Assembly: GCA_963836545.1 (NCBI GenBank)
Contig: CAWIKD010000005.1
Coordinates: 55,186-119,185, forward strand
Origin: an uncultured Acidimicrobiia bacterium
Lineage (GTDB): Bacteria; Actinomycetota; Acidimicrobiia; Acidimicrobiales; Ilumatobacteraceae
Reading direction: 5' to 3'
DNA: 64,000 nt
The notes under the pieces are model-generated. The model had not been told where the DNA came from, ran no database searches, and worked only from the letters and a program-made list of their open reading frames with translations. Below are positions 43,178-53,745 of this stretch, in pieces. A program made the position numbers and the translations under genes. Position 1 is the first letter of the stretch. Each line of letters opens with the position of its first letter.

Positions 43178-44319
43178 TCAGGCGTGGAGCCAGTCGGACA
43201 GGATCTCGGCGCGGTGCTGGTCCTGGCGGGGGGCGGGGCCGCGGACGCCGGCGTCACCGTTGGAGAAGCGGTACGGGGCGCGGATGATCGAGTAGTTGCC
43301 GTCGGGGTCCTCGATCTCGACGATCGAGCCGCGGTGGGCGAGCGTCGGCGAGTCCAGCGCTTCGGCGCACGACTTCACGATCCCCCACGCCAGGTTGGCC
43401 TTGTCCAGCGCGGCGAGCAGCTCGGCCCGGGTGGCGAACGACTGGTGGAACTCGTACCAGGCCTGGCGGCGGCAGGCGACCTTCTCGTCGAGCGAGGCAC
43501 CCTCCGGCGTCGGGTCGGCGACGCCGAGGCGCTCGTTGATGCACTTCCAGATCCACTTGAACTCGCCCATCACGATGACCTTGCCGTCGGGCGCGGCGAT
43601 GATCTCGCTCGGGCTGGTGCGGGTGTGGGCGGCCCCGGCGTCGTCACCGGCCGACGCGCGTCACGGCGGGCCGCCGCCGCGGCGACCTCGTTGGGGAGGT
43701 AGTCGTCGCTCATCGCCATCGCATCGATCATCGCCATGTCGACGTGCTGGCCGAGGCCGGTGGCGTCGCGCAGCCGCAGTGCCGACAGCACGCCGATGAC
43801 GCCGTGCAGCCCGGTGACCGTGTCGGCCATCGAGATCTCGATGTCGAGGTGCTGCGCGCCCTCGGGGGTGCGCCGCCGGGCGGTCACGCCGGTCTCGGCA
43901 TGGATCACGCCGGCGTACGACGCCCGGTCACGCTCCGGTCCCTCCTGGCCGAAGCCGGAGATCGACAGCATCACGAGCCGCGGGTTGACCTTCACGAGGT
44001 CGTCGTAGGCGAGCCCGAAGCGGGCCATGACGCCGGGCCGGAAGTTCTCGGTGACGACGTCGGCGACGCTGGCCAGCCGCGTGACGAGGTCGCGGCCCTC
44101 CGCCGTCGTGAGGTCGACGGTGATCGAGCGCTTGCCGGCGTTCTGCTGGCGGAAGTAGGCGCTCTCGGGCTTCTTGCCGAACAGGCGCGACACGTCGCCC
44201 TCGGGTGGCTCGACCTTGACGACATCGGCGCCGAGGTCGGCGAGGATGCGGCCGGCGTGCGGACCGGCGAGCACGCGGCACAGGTCGAGGACCTTCACGC
44301 CGTCCAACGGTGATGCCAT
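43178..44319 (-). CDS. CaiB/BaiF-family CoA-transferase (third copy); frame change near 43570-43650
   Basis: N-terminal MASPLDGVKVLDLCRVLAGPHAGRILADLGADVVKVE..DVVTENFRPG.. in ORF 43570..44319. C-terminal ..MMGEFKWIWKCINERLGV..PYRFSNGDAG.. in ORF 43178..43573. Confidence 0.65.
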
Positions 44320-44347
44320 CGATGACCTCCCCAGGTCGTGGGCGACG

Positions 44348-45526
44348 TCACGTGGCGGGGACGTCGATCGCCATCATCCTCGCGAAGTTGCCGCTGTAGA
44401 AGCGCTCCCTGCTCGTGTCGGAGACGTCGGGCATCGAGGCCTCGAACCGCTTGAGCGGATCGCGGCCGCCCTCCGGGTGCGGGTAGTCCGACGAGAACAG
44501 GAACATGTCGTCGCCGGCCTGCTCGATCATCCAGCCGACGGGCTCGGTCGGGAACGGCGTGAACCACAGCTGGCGGTGGGCGTACTCGGAGGCCGCCAGC
44601 GGCAGGGCCAGCGAGGGCTCGGAGCGCACGAACGTCGACTGGGCGATGTCGAGCCGCTGCAGCCACGGCACGACCCACATCGCGCCGAGCTCGATGCAGC
44701 CGCCGCGCAGGCCGGCGAAGCGCTCGAACACGCCATCGAGGACCATCGCCGACAAGAACGCCTCGGCGCCGGCGTGGATCACCATGAGGTCCTTGCTGCG
44801 GATGTTCTCGCCGCCGCCGAGCCAGTCGTTCACCGGGTTGCCGTTGTCGTGGTAGCGGCGGTCGATCGACTCCCCGCCGCCGCCGACGTGGAGCATGAAC
44901 GGCACGCCCGCCTCGGCCAGCAGGCCCCACACCGCGTCGAAGTCGGGATGGGTGGGGGAGCGGTCCGAGCGCGGCTTCGACGGCACGAGCAGCGCCGGCG
45001 CGCCCAGCTCGATCGCCGCTGCGGCGGCCGCCGCGCTGCGCTGCGGATCCGACATGGGCAACGGGACCACCGGCATCAGGCGCTCGTCGTCGGCGCAGAA
45101 GGCGACGAGGGCGCGGGTCAGGGCCAGCGCCCCGCCGTACAGCAGATCGAGGTCGCGGTCGCCCTCGTACTGCGTCGGGGTGAACGTGCTGAACACGAGC
45201 TGGCGCTGGAAGCCGAGGAGGTCGAGGGCCAGGCTGCGCTCGGCGGCGTCGAACGCCCCGAGCGCCGACCAGCCCTTGGCGGACATCACGGTCTCGTCCT
45301 CGCGCAGCGCCAGACCGCCGGACTCGGCCCGTCGCTGGGCGCGGGCCAGCGCCTTGCGGGCCAGCTCGCCGCCGCCCTTGCCGAGGTCGAGCTGGCGGAT
45401 GCGGTCGCGGATCCCGGGATCGGCGAACGGCGCCAGCCACTCCGGCGTCTCGACGACGTGGCTGTCGGCGTCGAGGTAGGTGCGCCCGCTGGCGTAGGGC
45501 ACCGCCGGTGACGCGGTGGCGGTCAC
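44348..45526 (-). CDS. amidohydrolase-2 family protein (ACMSD-like metal-dependent hydrolase/decarboxylase), downstream paralogue
   Basis: GTG start overlapping the stop of the upstream paralogue (GTGA). ..YLDADSHVVETPEW..FMLHVGGGG..FSSDYPHPEGG.. is parallel to the upstream gene. Confidence 0.7.
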   Translation of the reverse strand: MTATASPAVPYASGRTYLDADSHVVETPEWLAPFADPGIRDRIRQLDLGKGGGELARKALARAQRRAESGGLALREDETVMSAKGWSALGAFDAAERSLALDLLGFQRQLVFSTFTPTQYEGDRDLDLLYGGALALTRALVAFCADDERLMPVVPLPMSDPQRSAAAAAAAIELGAPALLVPSKPRSDRSPTHPDFDAVWGLLAEAGVPFMLHVGGGGESIDRRYHDNGNPVNDWLGGGENIRSKDLMVIHAGAEAFLSAMVLDGVFERFAGLRGGCIELGAMWVVPWLQRLDIAQSTFVRSEPSLALPLAASEYAHRQLWFTPFPTEPVGWMIEQAGDDMFLFSSDYPHPEGGRDPLKRFEASMPDVSDTSRERFYSGNFARMMAIDVPAT

Positions 45527-46692
45527 GGGATCCTCCCCATCAGATCGCGGAAGTTGTCGGCGAAGAACCGACCGAGCGCATGGTCGTCGATCCCCTCGAG
45601 CGAGGCGTCGAAGCGCTTCAGGGGGTTGCGGCCGCCTTCGACGTGCGGGTAGTCCGAGCTGAACATGCAGACGTCGGGGCCGACGTTGTCGATGATCCAG
45701 CCGGCGTCCTCGTGCGGGTAGGGCGTGACGCGCACCTGCCGGGCGACGTACTCGCTCGGCTTCATCGAGAGGTCCTTGAGGCGCTGCTCGTTGCGGATGA
45801 ACGCCCCGGCCGCCGCGTCCATCGAGCGCATCCACCCGGGCACCCACAGCGCGCCCTGCTCGATGACGCCGATCCGCAGGTCGGGGTAGCGCTCCAGCAC
45901 GCCGTCGAAGATCATCGTGGCGACGGTCTGCATCGGCGCCTCGGGGATCGCCATGAACGACACCGACGTGAAGTTCCCGTCGCCCCCGTGGAAGTCCTTG
46001 ACCGCCGGGAGCCCGTTGTCCTTGTACGTCGGGATCATCGGCCGCCCGCCGCCGACGTGGAACACGATCGGGACCCGGGCCTCCTGTGCCATCGCCCACA
46101 GGGGCTCGAAGCCGACGTGGGTCGGGCTGTGGTGGCGGGGGCAGAACGACGGCAGCATCAGCGCATCGGCGCCCGCGTCCAGCGCCTCGCGGCCGATCTC
46201 GACGGCCCGCTCGATGGACGCCAGCGGCACCCAGCACGTCGACAGCAGGCGCGGGTCGGCGGCGCAGAAGTCGATGATCGCCCGGTTGTGGGCGCGGGTG
46301 GCGCCGAGCGAGAGCTCCTCGTCGTCGCCGCGGTCGAGGGTCGTCAGGGCGTTCAGGTAGAGGCTGGTGAAGATCAGCTGGCTGTTGAAGCCGAGGCGGT
46401 CGAGCACCGTGACCCGATCGGCGCCGTCCCACGCGCCGAGGGCGTCGTAGTTCTTGTGCAGCAGCAGCTCCTGGGCGTCGGCGTCGCGCCGCGCCTCGTG
46501 GGCGGCGCGCACCGCGTCGGTCGGCCCGAGCGCCAGGCCGCCGGCCAGCGGGATGAGGCGATCGCGGATGCCGGGGTCGGCGTAGGCCTCGAAGAAGCCG
46601 GCCGGCTCCATCACGTGGGCGTCGGCGTCGTGGATGACGCGACCGGCCGCGTAGGTGCCGGTCGGCGCCGGGTCGTTGGCGAGCAGCGTCAC
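45523..46692 (-). CDS. amidohydrolase-2 family protein (ACMSD-like), upstream paralogue
   Basis: ..VIHDADAHVMEPAGFFEAY..IVFHVGGG..MFSSDYPHVEGG..: metal-binding His/Asp pattern of PF04909-type enzymes. 389 aa. Confidence 0.75.
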   Translation of the reverse strand: MTLLANDPAPTGTYAAGRVIHDADAHVMEPAGFFEAYADPGIRDRLIPLAGGLALGPTDAVRAAHEARRDADAQELLLHKNYDALGAWDGADRVTVLDRLGFNSQLIFTSLYLNALTTLDRGDDEELSLGATRAHNRAIIDFCAADPRLLSTCWVPLASIERAVEIGREALDAGADALMLPSFCPRHHSPTHVGFEPLWAMAQEARVPIVFHVGGGRPMIPTYKDNGLPAVKDFHGGDGNFTSVSFMAIPEAPMQTVATMIFDGVLERYPDLRIGVIEQGALWVPGWMRSMDAAAGAFIRNEQRLKDLSMKPSEYVARQVRVTPYPHEDAGWIIDNVGPDVCMFSSDYPHVEGGRNPLKRFDASLEGIDDHALGRFFADNFRDLMGRIP

Positions 46693-46812
46693 GTGTTCCC
46701 CCCTCAGCGGCTAACGCCGATAGCTTCGCAGCGCTGCGGCATCTGTGTCAATCCGATCGCAGCGTGATAATCGCGACCACACCGGAGATGGCCGTCGGTA
46801 CCCTGGGTCGCA

Positions 46813-47607
46813 GTGGTACGCCGGCGGCGCTCGGAGATCGAGGAGCTGCGATCCGAGATCGAGGGCTCCCGTCCTTATCTGGGTCTGGCCCGCGAGATCC
46901 ACGACGAGGTCGAGCGGGCCGTCGCCGATCCCATCGGTGACCTCGACGAGCTCGCCGAGGCGATCGCCCGGATGCCGCGAGACGCCCGCCTCGATGCGAT
47001 CCTCGCCGCCTTCCGGGGCCTGCCCCAGGTCGAGCAGTGGGATCTCCTCGCCGACCTGTTCGACGACGCCGAGCTCCGCGACGCCCTCACCGTGGAGCAC
47101 GAGCGGCGGCTGGCGTCCGCCCGGCGGACGTTGCGGTTGCGAACGGTGCTGGCGATCGTCGACGAGCGCCGGGTGCTCGACACCCGCGACCTGCCGCCCG
47201 GTGAGGACCTCACGATCGGGCTGTTCCGCGAGGTCGACGTGCGCCCGGCCCTGCCGCGCGGCTCGGTGTCGACGGCCGTGGCGCGGCGCCTCGTGCTGCG
47301 GACCGGCAACGAGCCCGGACAGCTGCTCGTGCTCGCCGACGTGTTCAACCCGGCGAACGGCCTGTACGTGACGCCCGACTACGACGAGGCGGTGTGGCGC
47401 GAGGAGCGTCTGGCCCCGAACACGTCGGTGCGCGTCGGCACGGCCACCGATGGCGGTGCCGTGGAACCTCTGATCCACCCCGGAGGGCGCCTCGACATCG
47501 AGGCCGCCGGGGCCACCCGCCGCAGCCGACTGCACGTCGGCGCGGCGACCATCGGCGACGTCGACCTCTTCGTCGCCACCTCACAAGAAGGAGACCGGCT
47601 GACATGA
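46813..47607 (+). CDS. hypothetical acidic cytoplasmic protein (264 aa), translationally coupled to the downstream flotillin-like gene
   Basis: High GC3, no TM segments, no motif recognised. Stop overlaps the downstream ATG (ATGA), with an AAGAAGGAGACC RBS for the downstream gene inside its 3' end. GTG start proposed. Confidence 0.5.
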   Translation: MVRRRRSEIEELRSEIEGSRPYLGLAREIHDEVERAVADPIGDLDELAEAIARMPRDARLDAILAAFRGLPQVEQWDLLADLFDDAELRDALTVEHERRLASARRTLRLRTVLAIVDERRVLDTRDLPPGEDLTIGLFREVDVRPALPRGSVSTAVARRLVLRTGNEPGQLLVLADVFNPANGLYVTPDYDEAVWREERLAPNTSVRVGTATDGGAVEPLIHPGGRLDIEAAGATRRSRLHVGAATIGDVDLFVATSQEGDRLT

Positions 47608-49613
47608 TGGTCGTGCTGGTACTGATCGGCGTCGTGATCCTCTTCGCGCTGCTCGTCGTGTTGAAGAGCTTCCACTCGGTGGGACCGGCCCAGGTCGGGC
47701 TCGTCACCAAGCGGGTCGGAGCGAAGCTGGGTGACGACCAGCTCGTGGCCCTCAACGGAGAGGCCGGCTACCAGGCCGAGCTGATGATGCCCGGGCTGCG
47801 GTTCAAGCTCTGGCCCGTCTTCGGTGTCGAGCGCTACGACTGGGTGCAGGTCCCGCCGGACCACATCGGGCTCGTCATCGCCCAGGTCGGCAACGCCCTG
47901 CCGACCGGGGCCAAGTCGGCGCTGTACAAGCCGGAGTTCGGCAACTTCGCGTCGCTGCGGACCTTCCTGCAGGGCGGCGGCCAGCGCGGCGTCCAGCGCC
48001 CGGTGCTGCCGCCCGGCGCCACCGCGCCCATGCACCCGATCGGCTTCGTGGTCGTCACCGCCGATCGCGTCTTCGGCAAGATGGTCTCCGAGTCGACCGA
48101 GCGGGCCATCAACGCCGTCGACCCGAACGCGCTCAAGGTCGTCCACATCACACCGCAGGGCGACACCGACGTCGTCGGTGTCGTCACGACGCTCGAAGGT
48201 CCGCCGTCCGGCGACATCGCCAGCCGCATCGGCGGGTTCTCCGACGTCTCGGCGATGGAGGGCGCGGGCGGCTCGGCGATCTCGGTCATCCAGGCCGTGC
48301 TGCGCGCCAAGAACGACCTCCACGACAACTACCAGGACTACCAGCGCTTCCTCGACAGCGGCGGCTGCATCGGGCTCCAGCACGACCCGCTGCTCTACGG
48401 CTCGTACCTGCTCAACCCGTTCCTCGTGAAGGTCGAGCTGCGCGAGATGCTCGTCGTGCGCCAGGGCGAGGTCGCCGTGATGAAGGCCTACGTCGGACTG
48501 CCGACGGAGGACACGTCCGGCGAGGAGTTCAAGTTCGGCTCGATCGTCAAGCCGGGCCACCAGGGCATCTGGTCGGAGCCCCTGCGCACCGGCAAGTACA
48601 CGCTGAACCCGCGCATCTACGAGGCCGAGATCGTCCCGACGTCGATCCTGACCCTCAACTGGTCGCACGCGACGAGCGAGGCCCACAGCCTCGACGCTCG
48701 GCTGGCCCCGATCGACGCCAAGTCCAAGGAGGCGTTCGCCTTCAGCATCGACCTGCAGGTGCAGATCCACGTGCCCGACACGCGAGCGCCGAAGGTGATC
48801 TCGATGGTCGGCACGATGCAGAACCTCGTCAACGAGGTGCTGCAGTCGGCCGTCGGCAACTACTTCCGCAACAAGCTGCAGACGTTGGGCGCTACCGAGT
48901 TCATCGAGAAGCGCGACGAGGTGCAGGCCGCCGCCGAGGGCTACATCCAGCAGTACCTGTCCCGATACGAGGTCGAGACCCGCGGCGTCTACATCCAGGA
49001 CGTCGTGTTCCCGGAGGACCTCGTCAAGGTGCTGACGAGCCGCGAGATCGCGGCCCAGGAGCGGGCGACGTTCGCCCAGCAGCGCGACGCCCAGGTCGCT
49101 CGCGTCAGCCTCGAGCAGCAGCGCGGCGTGGCCGACATGCAGTCGCAGCTGGCCCAGGCGAACGTGTCGGTCGACATCGAGCGCTCCCGCGCCGAGGCTG
49201 CTCGCGCCCGGGCCGAGGGCGAGGCCGCGGTCATCACGCTGACCGGTGCTGCGGAAGCAACCCGGACCGAGGCCATCGGTCATGCCACGGCGTCGGCTGA
49301 AGAAGCCCTCGGCGTGGCGCGCGCCAAGGGCTTCGATGCCCAGCGCAAGGCGATCGGCTCGGAGCAGACCGCGCTCGTGGCCGCCCTGCGCGAGGTCGGA
49401 TCGGGCCACGTCAAGATCGTTCCCGACATCCAGGTCGGCGGCGGTGAGGGCGGCGTCATCGGCGGGCTCGGCGCGCTGCTGATGCGCAACCTCGCCGACG
49501 GGAACGGCAACGGCAACGGCAACGGTCACCGCAACGGCGACGCCGACGAGGTGGCGTTCGACCCGCCGCCGCCGCCGACCGCCGAGGAGGAGACGGCGGC
49601 CGAGCGCTCCTGA
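47604..49613 (+). CDS. SPFH/band-7 (flotillin/YqiK-like) membrane-scaffold protein, 669 aa
   Basis: N-terminal TM helix MMVVLVLIGVVILFALLVV, then the SPFH domain (VGPAQVGLVTKRVG..), a long Ala/Glu/Arg-rich coiled-coil region (..AQERATFAQQRDAQVARVSLEQQRG..), and a C-terminal (GN)n tract encoded by a GGCAAC repeat at ~49500-49535. Confidence 0.75.
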   Translation: MMVVLVLIGVVILFALLVVLKSFHSVGPAQVGLVTKRVGAKLGDDQLVALNGEAGYQAELMMPGLRFKLWPVFGVERYDWVQVPPDHIGLVIAQVGNALPTGAKSALYKPEFGNFASLRTFLQGGGQRGVQRPVLPPGATAPMHPIGFVVVTADRVFGKMVSESTERAINAVDPNALKVVHITPQGDTDVVGVVTTLEGPPSGDIASRIGGFSDVSAMEGAGGSAISVIQAVLRAKNDLHDNYQDYQRFLDSGGCIGLQHDPLLYGSYLLNPFLVKVELREMLVVRQGEVAVMKAYVGLPTEDTSGEEFKFGSIVKPGHQGIWSEPLRTGKYTLNPRIYEAEIVPTSILTLNWSHATSEAHSLDARLAPIDAKSKEAFAFSIDLQVQIHVPDTRAPKVISMVGTMQNLVNEVLQSAVGNYFRNKLQTLGATEFIEKRDEVQAAAEGYIQQYLSRYEVETRGVYIQDVVFPEDLVKVLTSREIAAQERATFAQQRDAQVARVSLEQQRGVADMQSQLAQANVSVDIERSRAEAARARAEGEAAVITLTGAAEATRTEAIGHATASAEEALGVARAKGFDAQRKAIGSEQTALVAALREVGSGHVKIVPDIQVGGGEGGVIGGLGALLMRNLADGNGNGNGNGHRNGDADEVAFDPPPPPTAEEETAAERS

Positions 49614-49616
49614 CGG

Positions 49617-52600
49617 TCAGGGCTCGGTCCGCCACGTGACCGGGTGCTCGGGCTGGTACGAGCAGTAGATCCCGGTGCGCACTGCGTGCTGGAGGTGGTG
49701 GCCGAGCGCCGGCAGCTGCTCGGCGATGCGGTCGATCGACGCCCGCAGTCGCATGCCCACCGCCTTGCGGGCCCGCTCGGTGTCGTCGGTCGTGCGGCGG
49801 ACGCGTCCCGACAGGCCGAGGCTGCGGGCGAGCTCGGTGGCGACGGCGTCGAGCTCGGCCTCCAGGCGCGCGGCGCGCGCCAGGTCGTGGTGGGCCGTGG
49901 CCTCGTCGAGGTCCTCGCTGAGGTCGCGCACCCGCTGCTCGTAGGCGGCGCGCGCCGTGGCGTCGATGACCTCGTGGCCCCAGCCGGTGCGAGCCGCGCT
50001 CGGCGACCGACCCTCGGCGGCGGCGACGAGGTCGAGGACGTGCACCTCGCGACCCGGCTGGGCCACGAGCACGGCGAGGTCGCTCAGGCCCTTGGCGTGA
50101 CGCAGGCGCGCTGACGATCCGGCGTAGCCGACCAGCCATGCATCGGCCTCGCGCGCAATGACGGCGACGTCGGCCGGCTCGGCGGTGTCGAGGCTGGCGA
50201 CCTCCTGTTCCACTCGTTGCAGCAGCAACGGTGCTCCGATGCGGGACAGGATCTGGGAGGCGTGGTCATACCACCGGCGCGCCTGCTCGCGATCGCCGCG
50301 CGCGGCGGCGATGCGGGCGAGCGTCGTGGACACCGGGCCGTAGCAGACCGCCGCGGTGCCATCGAGCACGAGGTGGGCCGCGTACGGCTCGAGGTCGGCG
50401 TAGGCATCGTCCATCACGGTGCGATCGCCGACGAACGCGGCGCCGTCGGCGATGAGGCAGCGGATCAGCAGGAACAGCCCGTCGTGGCGGTCGATGGCGA
50501 CGTGCGGCGCGGCGGCCACGGCACGTTCGACCGTCGCCCGGTCGGCGCCGTAGCCGACGGCGTAGAGCCCGAACGCGTCGACGCCGCGGGTCGACTCGGG
50601 CTCGTCGCGGTTCATCGCCACGATCCGGCCGACGAAGTCGGCGTCGCCTCGCGCCCGGGCCACCAGCGGCAGGAGCGCCCCGTCGGCCAGCATCCGCGCG
50701 TTGTTGCTCTGGGCGCGGGCGCCGAGCGCGGCCGCCTCGCGACCGAGGCGCTCGGCACCGACGAGGTCGCCGTGGAGCAGGGCCAGCATCCCCTCAGCAA
50801 GGCGGGCGTACCACGTGAAGTGGGGCTGACGGAGGGCATCGGCGAGGTGCCCGAACGACTCGATGTGGCGGGCCGCCCGCCCGACGTCACCGTCCTCCAT
50901 GGAGGCGACGACGAGCAGCCGCAGGGCCAGCAGCTCGAGCTCGGGGTCGCCGGCCCAACGGGCCGCGGTGAGCATCTCGTTCGCCGCGGCGAGGCGCAGG
51001 GCGACGTCGTCGGGCCCGGCGTGGGCGTCGCACCACGCGTCGAGGGCGTAGGCGAGTGCTGCGTGGTCGCCGACGCGGCGGGCGACTGCGACGGCCCGTT
51101 CCGCCAGCTCGACCCGGGTGCCGTGGTCGGCCTGCAGCGTCGAGGCGACCGACAGGCGGGCCGTCAGCACAGCACGCATCGCGGTGTCGGTCTCGTCGAG
51201 CCGGGCCAACGCCTCGGTGAGCAGCGTGAGCTTCGTCGCGTCGAGCAGGCGGACCTCGAAACCTCCGCCGATCGTCCCGATCCCGAGTGCAGCCCGGGCC
51301 AGCACGGCGCCATCGCCAGCGGCTCGGGCGTCGCGTGCTGCCGCCATGTACTCGGCGTCGGCCTCGGCGAGCCCCCCACTGCGGGAGAGGGCGTCGGCGA
51401 GCCGGCAGCGCAGGTCGGGCGAGCGATCGGTGGCCGCGGCACGGCGGTACCAGTCGGCGGCGTCGGCGTACATCGCGGCGCGGAACGCCGCATCGCCGGC
51501 GCGTCCCGCCCAGGCCGCCGCGCCGGTGCCGTCGCCAGCGACCGTGAGGTGCTCGGCGATCGCCGCGGCGGCACGGTCGCCACCGATGACCTCGAGGACG
51601 ATCGCCGCCCGCGCGTGCAGGGCCCGGCGCCGAGTCGGTGCGAGGGCGTCTTCCACGGCGGCTCGTACGAGGGCATGGGAGAAGCGCCAGTGCCCGCCGC
51701 CCTCGTCGCGGAGCAGCCCGGCGGCGACGGCCGGGTCGAGGCGGTCGTCGGCGTCCGGGCGATCGAGCTCGAGGAGCGCGGCGAGGGCGGTGGCGTCGAC
51801 GTCGTGGCCCAGCACGGCGGCCGCCGCCAGCGCGTCGTGCGTCGCCTGGGGCAGCCGGGCCAGGCGACGTGACAGCACCGCCCGGACGCCCTCCGGGACG
51901 ACGCCACGCCATCGCGTCGGGTCGGTGGCGTGACCTGACGCACGCAGCAGCCGAGCCGCCTCACCGACGAACAGCGGGTTGCCGCCCGTGTGGAGGGAGA
52001 CCGTGGCGAGGAGCTGCTCGTCGACCTCGTCGTCGATGAGGTCGGCGAGCAGCTCGCGGAGCTCATCGGCGGGGAGCCCGGCGAGCGCGATGGCGACGTC
52101 GGCGCGGGGCAGGACGGCGAGCTCGTCGCGGCGGGCGGTGGCCAGCACGACGAGGTGGGACGACGCGAGGTCGGGCGCGAGGAAGTCGAGCAGCGCCGCC
52201 GACTCGGCGTCGGCCCACTGCAGGTCGTCGAGCACGATGACCGCGCCGTGCTGGTCGCCGAGGTCGAGCAGGGCCCGGGTCAGCTCGTCGAAGCGGCGGA
52301 ACCGATCGTGCCCGGTGCCGACGACGCCGACGTCGGATCCGTCGAGGCGGGCTGCGGGACGATCGGTCCAGCCGCGACGGTGGGCGTCGCGCAGCACCTG
52401 ATCCCAGAGCCACAGGGGCGGGGCGCCCCAGCCCTCCCGCGCCCGCGACCACAGGGTCGGCTGCCCGCTCGTGACCGCCTCGACGAGCGCCGTCTTGCCG
52501 ATGCCGGCCTCGCCGACGACGATGCCGAGCCCGCCGCGCCCGGCGAGTCGACGGGCGATCAGCGCCTCCAGCTCCTGGCGCGGGCCACGCCGGCCGATGA

Positions 52601-52619
52601 ACGCCTCGCTGGGGCCCAC
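49617..52619 (-). CDS. large AAA/STAND-type NTPase with TPR-like helical repeats (~1000 aa); no LuxR-type HTH recognised
   Basis: GTG start with a GGGAGGA RBS. Walker A GEAGIGKTALV, Walker B-like VIVLDDLQWAD, and a long Ala/Leu/Arg-rich helical region typical of signal-transduction ATPases. Confidence 0.55.
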   Translation of the reverse strand: MGPSEAFIGRRGPRQELEALIARRLAGRGGLGIVVGEAGIGKTALVEAVTSGQPTLWSRAREGWGAPPLWLWDQVLRDAHRRGWTDRPAARLDGSDVGVVGTGHDRFRRFDELTRALLDLGDQHGAVIVLDDLQWADAESAALLDFLAPDLASSHLVVLATARRDELAVLPRADVAIALAGLPADELRELLADLIDDEVDEQLLATVSLHTGGNPLFVGEAARLLRASGHATDPTRWRGVVPEGVRAVLSRRLARLPQATHDALAAAAVLGHDVDATALAALLELDRPDADDRLDPAVAAGLLRDEGGGHWRFSHALVRAAVEDALAPTRRRALHARAAIVLEVIGGDRAAAAIAEHLTVAGDGTGAAAWAGRAGDAAFRAAMYADAADWYRRAAATDRSPDLRCRLADALSRSGGLAEADAEYMAAARDARAAGDGAVLARAALGIGTIGGGFEVRLLDATKLTLLTEALARLDETDTAMRAVLTARLSVASTLQADHGTRVELAERAVAVARRVGDHAALAYALDAWCDAHAGPDDVALRLAAANEMLTAARWAGDPELELLALRLLVVASMEDGDVGRAARHIESFGHLADALRQPHFTWYARLAEGMLALLHGDLVGAERLGREAAALGARAQSNNARMLADGALLPLVARARGDADFVGRIVAMNRDEPESTRGVDAFGLYAVGYGADRATVERAVAAAPHVAIDRHDGLFLLIRCLIADGAAFVGDRTVMDDAYADLEPYAAHLVLDGTAAVCYGPVSTTLARIAAARGDREQARRWYDHASQILSRIGAPLLLQRVEQEVASLDTAEPADVAVIAREADAWLVGYAGSSARLRHAKGLSDLAVLVAQPGREVHVLDLVAAAEGRSPSAARTGWGHEVIDATARAAYEQRVRDLSEDLDEATAHHDLARAARLEAELDAVATELARSLGLSGRVRRTTDDTERARKAVGMRLRASIDRIAEQLPALGHHLQHAVRTGIYCSYQPEHPVTWRTEP

Positions 52620-52644
52620 CGCGCCATCCTCCCAGGCGCACCGG

Positions 52645-53745
52645 TCAGACCAGCCGGTAGAAGCGGAACATGTCGTGCTCGATCGCCAGCACCTCGGCAT
52701 CCGCGAACCCGGCGTCGCGGGCGTACCGGCGCACGGTGTCGGTGCGCATCACGGTGCCGGTGGCGGCCGACGGCTGCTCGCTCATCCCGACCGGCAAGCA
52801 GTGGAGCACGGACGCGCCGTACAGGAACGACTCGATCGGGCCGGCGCTCTCGGCGAAGGAGTCGGCGGCCCGCTCGTCCATCACCAGCACCGAGCCACCG
52901 TCGGCGAGGGCGCCGCGCAGCGCGCCGAGCACCTCGACCGGGCGGCTCATGTCGTGCAGCGCTTCGAACACGCAGATCAGGTCGAAGCGGCCCGCCGGCA
53001 GGTCGACGGCGTCGACGACCTCGAACGTGATGCGGTCGGCCAGGCCGGCCTCGGCGGCGTTGCGGCGGGCGTCGGCGATCGACGCCTCGTCGACGTCGTA
53101 GCCCTCGATGCGCGCCTCGGGGTGGGCCTGGGCGAGGGCGATGGCGGACCACCCGGCGCCGCACGCGACATCGGCGATGCGCAACGGCTCGCCGCGCTCG
53201 AGGCGGGCGTGGACGTCGGGGAGCCCGGTGACCAACCACTCGCCGGCCAGCAGGTTGACGAACGCCGGGCGGTTGAAGCCGGCTTGGCCGTCGCGGAAGT
53301 CGGCCCCGTACGCCGCGTATGGCACGCCGCCGCCGGTGCGGTAGGCGTCGAGCAGCTGGGGCAGCACGCCGGCGATCCCGGCCGCCGCGAGGGCCACCGG
53401 GGCCAGGCAGGCCGGGCTGTCGGCGTCGAGCAGCACGACGTCGTGGCCGGCGGGGAGCACGTAGCGCCGCTCGTCGGACGGCGCGGCGCGGTCCTCGCAG
53501 TCGAGCAGGCCGGTGACCGTCTGCTGCTCGAGCCACTCCCGCGCGTAGCGCTCGGCGATGCCGGCGTGCGTGGCGAGCTGACCCGCGGTCAGCGGACCGG
53601 CCTCAGCGATCGCCGCGTACAGCCCGAGGCGCACCCCGAGGTAGATGGTGAACAGGTCGATCGCCCCCAGCCCGGCGCCGAACAGGCGCTCGGCGAGCGC
53701 GCCGGCTCGCTCCTCGGCGGTGGTGGGGTCCAGCAGATCGGTCAT
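52645..53745 (-). CDS. class I SAM-dependent methyltransferase with N-terminal winged-helix dimerisation-like domain
   Basis: ..IADVACGAGWSAIALAQ..EGYDVDE..LICVFEALHD: motif I, post-I and motif II. 366 aa, 25 nt upstream of and co-directional with the STAND ATPase. Confidence 0.7.
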   Translation of the reverse strand: MTDLLDPTTAEERAGALAERLFGAGLGAIDLFTIYLGVRLGLYAAIAEAGPLTAGQLATHAGIAERYAREWLEQQTVTGLLDCEDRAAPSDERRYVLPAGHDVVLLDADSPACLAPVALAAAGIAGVLPQLLDAYRTGGGVPYAAYGADFRDGQAGFNRPAFVNLLAGEWLVTGLPDVHARLERGEPLRIADVACGAGWSAIALAQAHPEARIEGYDVDEASIADARRNAAEAGLADRITFEVVDAVDLPAGRFDLICVFEALHDMSRPVEVLGALRGALADGGSVLVMDERAADSFAESAGPIESFLYGASVLHCLPVGMSEQPSAATGTVMRTDTVRRYARDAGFADAEVLAIEHDMFRFYRLV

